64,000 nt of DNA. Source: Polyangiales bacterium. Its GTDB lineage: Bacteria; Myxococcota_A; Polyangia; Polyangiales; Ga0077539. The position numbers and the translations under genes are program-made. This document shows, piece by piece, positions 18,214-26,013 of the stretch (the first letter of the stretch is position 1; each line of letters starts with the position of its first letter). The stretch is taken from positions 157,525 through 221,524 of the forward strand of contig JBGARZ010000015.1 in assembly GCA_044229975.1 (NCBI GenBank), given 5' to 3'. The notes beneath the pieces are model-generated. The model was not told the DNA's origin and ran no database searches. It saw only the letters and a list, made by a program, of their open reading frames with translations.

Positions 18214-19527
18214 GTGCCCGAGCTCCCGCCCCGCCCCCGTTCTCTCCCCATCGCCCCGAAGGCCGAACCCGCGCGCCGCCGCCTGCCCCTCGCGGGCGAG
18301 GTGCGCGAGGTCGACCGCGTGTTTCGCCCCATCATCGCGGTGTGGGAGCTGACGTTGCAGTGCGACCTCGCGTGTCGTCACTGCGGGTCGCGGGCGGGGC
18401 GCAGCCGACCCGATGAGCTCACCACCGACGAGGCGCTCGACCTCGTTCATCAGCTCGCGGCGATCGGCTGCAAGGAGGTGACGGTCATCGGCGGCGAGGC
18501 GTACCTGCGCGAGGACTGGGTGCGCATCGGGCAGGAGGTTCGCGCGTGCGGCATGGAGCTCACCATGACCACCGGCGGCCGCGGAATGACCCCCGAGCGG
18601 GCGCGCGAGGCGAAGCTGGCGGGCGTCGAGAGTGCGTCGGTGTCCGTCGACGCGCTGGAGCCGATGCACGACTCGCTGCGCGGAGTGCAAGGAAGCTGGC
18701 GCGCGGCGATGGCGGCCATCGGCAACCTGAAGGCGGCGGGCATCCCGGTGTCGTGCAACACGCAGATCGCGCGGCCTGCGCTGCGTGACATCGAGCCGTT
18801 GCTGGAGCACCTCGTCGCGGCGGGGATGCACTCCTGGCAGGTGTCGATGACCGTTCCGATGGGCAGAGCGGCCGACGAGCCCGGATTGATCCTGGAGCCG
18901 TACCAGGTGCTGGAGGTGATGCCGCTCATCGCCCGCGCGGCGCGTCGGTTGAAGCGCGACAAGATCCGGCTGTGGCCGGGCAATGACATCGGGTACTTCG
19001 GCCCGTACGAGACCGAGCTGCGGGGTCGGATGCCGCGCGGGCACATGGCGGCGTGCGGGGCGGGGCGGCTGTCGCTGGGCATCGAGGCCGACGGGTCGAT
19101 CAAGGGGTGCCCGTCGCTGCCGACGAAGGACTATGTGGGCGGCAACGTCCGCGACGAGAAGCTGTTGGACATCTGGGAGCGCGCCGGGGCGCTGCGCTTC
19201 ACCCGCGACCGCACGCGCGATGACCTCTGGGGCTACTGCGCGGACTGCTACTACGGCGACGATTGCCTGGGCGGGTGTTCGTGGACGGCGCACGTGGTGT
19301 TCGGTCGAACGGGGAACAACCCCTTCTGTCACCACCGGGCGCTGGAGCTGTTGCGGGAAGGAAAGCGCGAGCGGCTGGTGCTGGAGACCCCGGCGGAGGG
19401 CAAGCCGTTCGACCATGGGATCTTCTCGCTGGTGACCGAGGCGTGGCCGGAGGACGAGCTCGCCCGCGCGCAGGAGGTGGCCGCGACGGGCGAGGGGTGG
19501 CTGCTCTCGACGGAGCGGGCGGGTTAG
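18214..19527 (+). CDS. Radical SAM/SPASM peptide maturase (splicease-like), paralog 2
   Basis: GTG start 2 nt after the precursor-2 stop; N-terminus PRPRSLPIAP shared with paralog 1; CDLACRHC; SPASM CGAG...KGCPSL, CADCYYGDDCLGGC...NPFC. Confidence 0.93.
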   Translation: MPELPPRPRSLPIAPKAEPARRRLPLAGEVREVDRVFRPIIAVWELTLQCDLACRHCGSRAGRSRPDELTTDEALDLVHQLAAIGCKEVTVIGGEAYLREDWVRIGQEVRACGMELTMTTGGRGMTPERAREAKLAGVESASVSVDALEPMHDSLRGVQGSWRAAMAAIGNLKAAGIPVSCNTQIARPALRDIEPLLEHLVAAGMHSWQVSMTVPMGRAADEPGLILEPYQVLEVMPLIARAARRLKRDKIRLWPGNDIGYFGPYETELRGRMPRGHMAACGAGRLSLGIEADGSIKGCPSLPTKDYVGGNVRDEKLLDIWERAGALRFTRDRTRDDLWGYCADCYYGDDCLGGCSWTAHVVFGRTGNNPFCHHRALELLREGKRERLVLETPAEGKPFDHGIFSLVTEAWPEDELARAQEVAATGEGWLLSTERAG

Positions 19528-20873
19528 CGGCAGGATTGGCGGGGGCCGCAGCCGGACTCGGTGCCGGGCGCGGTCTGGGCGCAGCCGGCGAGGTCTTCGA
19601 AGGAGTTGTTGCTCGACATGAAGTCGGGCGACGCGGCGCCGCGCCAGCCGCGGAAGATGCCGTGGCCGAGGCCGTGCGCGATGCGGGTGTTCTGCACGAA
19701 GGCCGTTGCGGGAGGCTGCGAGAAGATGATGGTCGAGTCGTGGCTCGCGACGTCGCTGCACGTCAGCAGCACGCACCCGCAGTCGCCGCCCGCGTACTCG
19801 ATGTTCGCGTGTTCGAGGCGGTTGTCGGCCGAGGGAATGCCGCCGTACCAGAGGCCCGACCAGTCGCCCGCGTGCTGCGTCGGCGCGGCGCTCGTCATGG
19901 TGATGGGGCGGGCCGCGGTGCCCACCGCGCGGAGCACACCCGAGGCCGCGAAGTCGCCGGTGTAGTGCTCGATCTCGAAGCGCGTTCCGGGGTGGAAGCG
20001 CATCGTCACGCCGGGCTCGATGGTGAGCGTGGTGCGCCGCGTGGCCTCACGACCGCCCATGCCGATGACGAAGCGGTCGACCGCCGAGTTGCCGATGCGA
20101 TACGGGACGCCCCGGTCGCGCAGGGTGGCGTCCGCCTGGAGTCCGCCGCGACCGTCACCGCCCTCGGGGTCGACGAGGATCTCGTTGGTGCGGTTGCCCG
20201 TGTACGTGCCGACCGGAACCGCGTCGATGGCGTGCTCGCCGATCACCATCGGAAAGGGGATCGCCTCGCTCCCGGTGCGGGTGATCACGAGGTCGGTGGA
20301 GCCGGGGGCGAAGGTTCCGGCGCGCTCGACGACGAGGCCGGGGCCGAAGGAGTCCTCGATGGTGACGTGGTCGAGGAGCGCGACCGGCTTGGCGGGCAGC
20401 ATCAGGTCGCCGCGCAGCACGAGCGAGGCGTTGTTGTGGAAGCGGTCGCCGCCGCCGTCGGCGAAGTTCACATAGCGCAGCACCGCGCGGCCGGTGCCCT
20501 CGACGGTGACCTGACCCCAGCGGGCGCCCGCGAGGCCCTCGAAGGTGATGGGGCGCTCGGCGGTTCCTTCGGCGACGAGGCGGGTGTTGGGGCGCATCAC
20601 CGTGAGCGAGGCGTCGGCGCGAAACACCACCTGCGCGCAAGGCTCGATGGTGAGCGTGGTGCCCGCCGCGAGGCGCGTGTCGCCCTGCACCACGTGGGGG
20701 CTGGTGGCCGCGGTCCAGGTCTCGCTCTGCTCGATGCTGAGCGGGTGCGTGGTGGGCGTGGTGTTGGTGATGACGGGACACCCCTGGGCCGACGGCGTCC
20801 CTTCGGGCGTGGGGCCGCAGGCGGCGGCGAGCGAGGCGAGGGCGACGGTCGAGAAGATGGCGGCGGTGCGCAT
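19524..20873 (-). CDS. Lipoprotein with repeated TLTIEPG...GTA.RPIT..W beta-helix-like modules
   Basis: Lipobox LAAAC; two internal repeats of TLTIEP...GTA(E/A)RPIT...W. Confidence 0.7.
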   Translation of the reverse strand: MRTAAIFSTVALASLAAACGPTPEGTPSAQGCPVITNTTPTTHPLSIEQSETWTAATSPHVVQGDTRLAAGTTLTIEPCAQVVFRADASLTVMRPNTRLVAEGTAERPITFEGLAGARWGQVTVEGTGRAVLRYVNFADGGGDRFHNNASLVLRGDLMLPAKPVALLDHVTIEDSFGPGLVVERAGTFAPGSTDLVITRTGSEAIPFPMVIGEHAIDAVPVGTYTGNRTNEILVDPEGGDGRGGLQADATLRDRGVPYRIGNSAVDRFVIGMGGREATRRTTLTIEPGVTMRFHPGTRFEIEHYTGDFAASGVLRAVGTAARPITMTSAAPTQHAGDWSGLWYGGIPSADNRLEHANIEYAGGDCGCVLLTCSDVASHDSTIIFSQPPATAFVQNTRIAHGLGHGIFRGWRGAASPDFMSSNNSFEDLAGCAQTAPGTESGCGPRQSCR

Positions 20874-21137
20874 GGTGGAGGCTCTTTCTGGCGCCCCGCG
20901 ACGATGGTCGGCGGTGCGCTCCGTTGTGGTGTGCATCGACCCTTGAGCACCCCGCGTGCCGTGCGGAATCTGCTGATAAATATGGGGATTTCGATGCTTC
21001 GCGCTTGAGCGGCGGCGACGTGCACGACGGGCCGACGAAGCGCGGATTGAGCAGACGTGGCGCAACCTCTCCCGCTCGGCGTGCGTTCGCCGTTGGAAGC
21101 GTCGGAGAGCTGTGGTCGGATCGCCGTCCCCCCCCTA

Positions 21138-24100
21138 ATGGTGCTTCCACCCGGCGCCCGCGTCGCAGGACGCTTCGAGATCGAGGACCTCGCCGGCGTC
21201 GGTGGCATGGGCAAGGTGTATCGGGCGCGCGACCTGCACACCGGCGAGCGCGTGGCGCTCAAGCTGCTGCGACACGACACACAACATCGCGAGAGGTTCT
21301 TGCGCGAGGCGCGGCTGCTGGCCGCGATGCAGCACCCGAGCATCGTCCGGTACGTCGACAGCGGCGAGGTCGAGGACGGCGCGCCGTTTCTCGCCATGGA
21401 GTGGCTGGAGGGCGAGACCCTCGACGCCCGCTTCGAGCGGGGAGGGCTCAGCCTCGCCGAGAGCATCGCGCTCATTCGAAGCATCGCCGAGGCCCTCGGC
21501 GCCGCCCACGCGCGCGGCGTCGTTCACCGCGACGTGAAGCCCGGCAACGTCTTCCTGGTGGGGCAGCGGGCCGACCGCGCGCGGCTGCTGGACTTTGGCA
21601 TCGCCCGCGAGCTCGACGGGCTCGCTTCGCTCACCGGCACCGGCGCCGTGCTCGGGTCGCTCGGGTACATGTCCCCCGAGCAGATCCGCGGCGAGCGCGT
21701 CCACGACACCCGCTCCGACGTGTTCTCTCTCGGTCTGCTGCTCTACCGCTGCGTCGCGGGTCAGCCTGCGTACTCCGCCGACCATCCGCTGGCCCTGCTC
21801 GCGAAGGTGGTCTTCCACGAGCCGACGCCGCTCCTCACGCGCCGCCCCGACGTGTCGCCCGCCCTCGATGACCTCGTGCGACGGATGCTCTCGCGCCGCA
21901 AGGAAGAGCGGCCCGCCGACGGCAACGAGGTCGCCCGCGCGCTCGGCGAGCTCGACGTGGGCGCGGTCGAGGCGCCGTCGGTACGACCGTCCGTGCTCAC
22001 CGCCCGCGAGCGACGACTGGTGGCCGTGGTGCTCGTGCGCCTCGCGGCCGGAGCGCGCGACCGCGACGCCACGTTGCCGCTGTTCGGCGGCGTCGCCCGC
22101 CCGGCGCTCATCGGGGGGTTGCGCCTCGACAGCGCGGAGTACGCCTGGCTGGCCGACGAGACGCTCGTCGTGGTGCTCACCGCCGCGGGCGCCGCGACGG
22201 ACCTCGCCACGCGGGCCGCACGGGCCGCCCGCTCGCTGCGCGCCGAGCACCCGGGCGCCGCGCTCGTGGTCGCCATGGGCGGCGCCGAGGTGGGCGACGC
22301 GCTCCCGTCGGGCGAAGTCCTCGAACGCGCCGCCGCCATGCTCGCCGCCTCTCCGCTGCTGGCGCCGCCGGGCGAGGCCATCGCGCTCGATCCGCTCACG
22401 GCCGACCTCCTGCGCGCCCGCTACGACGTGCGCGCGACGCCGCGCGGCGCCGTGCTCGCGGGCGAGGCGCCGCCCGAGTCCGTGGCCGGGGCGGTGCTGC
22501 CCTTCGTCGGGCGCGACCGCGAGCTCGCGCAGCTCGTGGCGCTGTACGAAGCGAGCGCGGCCGAGCCCATCGCGCAGGTCGTGCTGGTGACGGCGCCCGC
22601 GGGCGTGGGCAAGACGCGCCTCGCCGCCGAGATGCTCGCGCGGCTGCGATCGGTCGATCAGCCGCCGGAGGTGTGGTCGGCGTACGGTGATCCGTTGAGC
22701 GGCGCGTCGCCGCTGGCGCTGGTGGCGGCGTGCGTGCGGCGGGTCGCGGGCATCCTCGACGGCGAGGCGCTCGCCACGCGGCAGGAGAAGCTGCGCGCCG
22801 CGGTGGAGCAGCGGGTTCCGGCGCATGCGCGCGAGCGGGTGACGGACTTCCTCGGCGAGCTGGTGCGCGCGCCCTTCTCCGACGAGGGGCGGCCGACGCT
22901 CCAGCAGGCGAGGCAGCACGGCCCGCTGCTCTCCGATGAGATTCGCCGCGCCTTCGAAGAGCTCGTCGAGGGGACGTGCGCGCGCGGTCCGCTGGTCATC
23001 GTGGCGGAGGACGTGCACTGGGCCGACGCCCCCTCGCTCGCGTACCTCGACGGGGTGCTGCGTCGCCTCGCGCACGCCCCCTTCTTCCTCGTGGCGCTGG
23101 CGCGGCCGGAGGTGCACGACCTCGCCCCGCAGCTCTGGGCCGAGCGTCACGTGCTGGAGCTGCGGCTCCGCGGGCTGCGCGCCAACGCCTCCGCGGTGCT
23201 GGTGCGCTCCGCCCTCGGAACCGACGCGCGCGACAGCGTGGTGGGGCGCCTGGTGGAGCAGGCCGAGGGCAACGCGTTCTATCTGGAGGAGATGGCGCGG
23301 GCGGTGGCCGAGGGCCTGACGGCGGCTCCGCCCGACACGGTGATCGCGACGGTGCAGGTGCGGCTGGGCGCGCTGCCGTCGCCCGCGCGGGCGGTGCTGC
23401 GGGCGGCGAGCGTGTTCGGCGAGGTGTTCTGGCAGGGGAGCGTCGAGGCGCTGCTCGGAGGTGAGGCGGGCGACGTCCCGACGTGGCTCGCGCACCTCGT
23501 CGCGCGCGAGGTGCTGGTGGCGCGCGACGCGGCGCGCTTCCCGGGAGAGCGGGAGTACGCCTTCCGTCACGCGCTGCTGCGCGAGGGCGCCGACGCGCTG
23601 CTCACCGACGACGACCGCGCGATGGGTCACCGGCTCGCGGCGGCGTGGCTGGAGTCCGCGGGCGAGTCCGACGCGGCGGTGCTCGCGGGTCACTACGCGC
23701 TCGGACGCGAGCCCGCGACGGCGGCGCGGTGGTGGCTCGCGGCGGCGGAACAGGCGTTTGAGCGCGACGACCTCGACGCGGCCCTCGACCTGGCCCACCG
23801 CGCGGCCTCGCTCGACCCGGCGTCGCTGCGACGGGTGGAGTCGGCGGTCGCGGCCCGCCGCGCGGAGCTCGCGTCCGGGGCGGCGCCCATGCCCACGGTG
23901 GTGCCCGCGTCGGGCTACCGCTTCGCCATCGTCCCCGACACGCAGATCTTCGTGGAGGTGTGCGCGGGCTGCTGGAGCCGGGAGTTCACCGAGCGCTACG
24001 TGGCGGACTTCAAGGCCGCGCTCGCGCCGCTGCTGGGTCGGCCGTGGGCGAAGCTGTGCGACCTCGACGCGTGGCTGCCGACGGCGCCCGACGCCGCGGA

Positions 24101-24290
24101 GACCATCATCGACTTCCTGAAGTGGTCCATCGCCGAGCGCATGGTCGCGGTGGCGTACGTCATCGGCAACCCCGACGCGCGCTTGCAGGCGCGGCGCATC
24201 ATCGAAGCGTCGCTCGTCGGTGTGCGATGCGGGTTCTTCGTGAGCGAGGCAGAGGGGATCGAGTGGCTGCGCCGCGGGGGCCTGGGCTGA
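21138..24290 (+). CDS. Ser/Thr protein kinase + AAA ATPase domain + short helical repeats + STAS/SEC14-like C-terminal domain
   Basis: GVGGMGKV, VALK, HRDVKPGN, DFG, YMSPE; FVGRDREL, APAGVGKTRL Walker A, EDVHWAD, GNAFYLEE. Confidence 0.9.
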   Translation: MVLPPGARVAGRFEIEDLAGVGGMGKVYRARDLHTGERVALKLLRHDTQHRERFLREARLLAAMQHPSIVRYVDSGEVEDGAPFLAMEWLEGETLDARFERGGLSLAESIALIRSIAEALGAAHARGVVHRDVKPGNVFLVGQRADRARLLDFGIARELDGLASLTGTGAVLGSLGYMSPEQIRGERVHDTRSDVFSLGLLLYRCVAGQPAYSADHPLALLAKVVFHEPTPLLTRRPDVSPALDDLVRRMLSRRKEERPADGNEVARALGELDVGAVEAPSVRPSVLTARERRLVAVVLVRLAAGARDRDATLPLFGGVARPALIGGLRLDSAEYAWLADETLVVVLTAAGAATDLATRAARAARSLRAEHPGAALVVAMGGAEVGDALPSGEVLERAAAMLAASPLLAPPGEAIALDPLTADLLRARYDVRATPRGAVLAGEAPPESVAGAVLPFVGRDRELAQLVALYEASAAEPIAQVVLVTAPAGVGKTRLAAEMLARLRSVDQPPEVWSAYGDPLSGASPLALVAACVRRVAGILDGEALATRQEKLRAAVEQRVPAHARERVTDFLGELVRAPFSDEGRPTLQQARQHGPLLSDEIRRAFEELVEGTCARGPLVIVAEDVHWADAPSLAYLDGVLRRLAHAPFFLVALARPEVHDLAPQLWAERHVLELRLRGLRANASAVLVRSALGTDARDSVVGRLVEQAEGNAFYLEEMARAVAEGLTAAPPDTVIATVQVRLGALPSPARAVLRAASVFGEVFWQGSVEALLGGEAGDVPTWLAHLVAREVLVARDAARFPGEREYAFRHALLREGADALLTDDDRAMGHRLAAAWLESAGESDAAVLAGHYALGREPATAARWWLAAAEQAFERDDLDAALDLAHRAASLDPASLRRVESAVAARRAELASGAAPMPTVVPASGYRFAIVPDTQIFVEVCAGCWSREFTERYVADFKAALAPLLGRPWAKLCDLDAWLPTAPDAAETIIDFLKWSIAERMVAVAYVIGNPDARLQARRIIEASLVGVRCGFFVSEAEGIEWLRRGGLG

Positions 24291-24297
24291 GAGGGAT

Positions 24298-25221
24298 CTA
24301 CGGGGCGAAGCTCTCGCTCAGCGCCGCGAGCAGCGCCGTGACCGCGGAGTTGAGCGGGGTCGCGATGCCGTGCCGCGCTCCCGCCCGCACCACCGCGCCG
24401 TTGCGGGCGTCGTACTCCAGCGGGCGTCGGGCGACGGCGTCGCGCACCAGCGAAGGACGCGCGTCGGGCCGACCGGACGCGATGGAGGCGACGACGAGCT
24501 CCGCGAGCCCTTCGTCGAGCCGGGCGCCCTCCGCGCGTCCGACCCGCACCGCTTCGGCGACGAGCCCGCGCGCGAGCTCGGCCACGTCGGGACGGCGCAC
24601 GACGCCCATGGGCGAGCCCGTCAGCGCGCCCACGGCGGCCGTCACGTTGAGGCAGAGCTTCGACCACGCCGCCGTCGTGAAGTCGGCGGCGCACTCCACC
24701 GTCGCGTCGGCGCCCTCGAAGAGCGCGCAAAACGCCCGCCCCTGCGCGTCGTCAGGCACGACGAGCGACAGCGGGCCTCCGCGCCGCGCCCGTCCTGGCG
24801 CGAGGCGTTCGGCGGGGCACTGCACCACCACGGGCACCACCTCCGCGTCGCCGACGTAGGGTCTCACGCGCGACTCGTGCTCGACGCCGTTCTGCGCGAC
24901 CGCGACGCGTACGCCCCGCCCGACCAGCGCGCGCAGCCAGGGCGCCGCTCCCTCCGTCTGGTGGGCCTTCGTCGCGAGCAGCACCCATTCCACGTCGCCG
25001 GCGTCGTCGGGGGTGGTCACCACCCGCGGTCGCCCGGCGAAGACGCCCGACGCGCTCTCGACGACGAGCTCATCGAAGGGCGCGCGGGCGCAGAGCGTGA
25101 CCCGGGTCTGGCCGGTCTCCATGAGCGCGCCGGCGATGGACAGTCCGATCGCACCGGGTCCGACGACGGCGACGCGCGGAGGCGAGGTGGGCGGTTCGGT
25201 GGCTTGCATCGTGGGCTTCAT
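24298..25221 (-). CDS. panE: 2-dehydropantoate 2-reductase (ketopantoate reductase) family
   Basis: VVGPGAIG, LLATKA, AQNGV, WSKLCLN, PSLVRD...LEYDARNG. Confidence 0.85.
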   Translation of the reverse strand: MKPTMQATEPPTSPPRVAVVGPGAIGLSIAGALMETGQTRVTLCARAPFDELVVESASGVFAGRPRVVTTPDDAGDVEWVLLATKAHQTEGAAPWLRALVGRGVRVAVAQNGVEHESRVRPYVGDAEVVPVVVQCPAERLAPGRARRGGPLSLVVPDDAQGRAFCALFEGADATVECAADFTTAAWSKLCLNVTAAVGALTGSPMGVVRRPDVAELARGLVAEAVRVGRAEGARLDEGLAELVVASIASGRPDARPSLVRDAVARRPLEYDARNGAVVRAGARHGIATPLNSAVTALLAALSESFAP

Positions 25222-25305
25222 CGGCCGTGCTTCTTCCCGCGCTGCTCGCCCCATTCGTCGTCCGGGCAGACGCGCAGGTCGCGATGTATACCGTCGCCGA
25301 CCCCG

Positions 25306-26013
25306 ATGCCCGAACCGCAACCCTCCCTCAAATGCCCGAAGTGCGCCGCCACCCACGAGCCCGGCGCCCTCGTCTGCGGCTACTGCGGCGCGGTGCTCGC
25401 GAGCACCGAGAGCCTCGGCGGCGGTGCGCGCTCCCTCGACGCGCGCTTCGACGAGCTCGCCGCCAACGCTGCCGCGCTCCTCGCCGCGCAGCAGCTCCCG
25501 CCCGTCACGCTCAAGACCGTCCACGTCGCCTTCGCCGCGATGGGCGCCAACGTCGCCCGGATGCGCGCCGTGCTCGAAGCGAGCGCCCGCGCCATCCCGC
25601 GCCCCGCGTCGCCGCAGGAGTGTCTCGTCTGGCTGCGCCGCGCGCCCGCGCTCGTGTGGGTGTCGTACGAGGCGCTCGCGCACACCCGCAACTTCGCCGT
25701 CGCGTATCTCTACGAGGTGCTCGCCGAGCTCTACCGCGAGCGCGCCACCTGGGAGCAGCGCGACAAGGGACTCCGCGCCGCCTTCACGCAGTCCGAGTCC
25801 GTGGTGCGGGCCGCGGCGCCCACCGTCGTTCTCGGCGCCCGTCGCTTCGCGCGCAGCAACCCGCTGCTGACGCTCATCGTGGTGCTGCTCGCCGTCGCGA
25901 CGCTGTGGTCCTTCGCGGCGCCGTCGCCGTCGCGCAGTCACCGCTCGCGACGCACCCGCCACCACGCAGCGCTCACGTGGCCAGCAGCGCCTCGTAGTCA
26001 TCGAGCATCCTGA
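25306..26013 (+). CDS. Zinc-ribbon domain membrane protein, hypothetical
   Basis: CPKC-x10-CGYC N-terminus; C-terminal TM helix; 3' end overlaps the convergent glycosyltransferase by 41 bp. Confidence 0.6.
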   Translation: MPEPQPSLKCPKCAATHEPGALVCGYCGAVLASTESLGGGARSLDARFDELAANAAALLAAQQLPPVTLKTVHVAFAAMGANVARMRAVLEASARAIPRPASPQECLVWLRRAPALVWVSYEALAHTRNFAVAYLYEVLAELYRERATWEQRDKGLRAAFTQSESVVRAAAPTVVLGARRFARSNPLLTLIVVLLAVATLWSFAAPSPSRSHRSRRTRHHAALTWPAAPRSHRAS

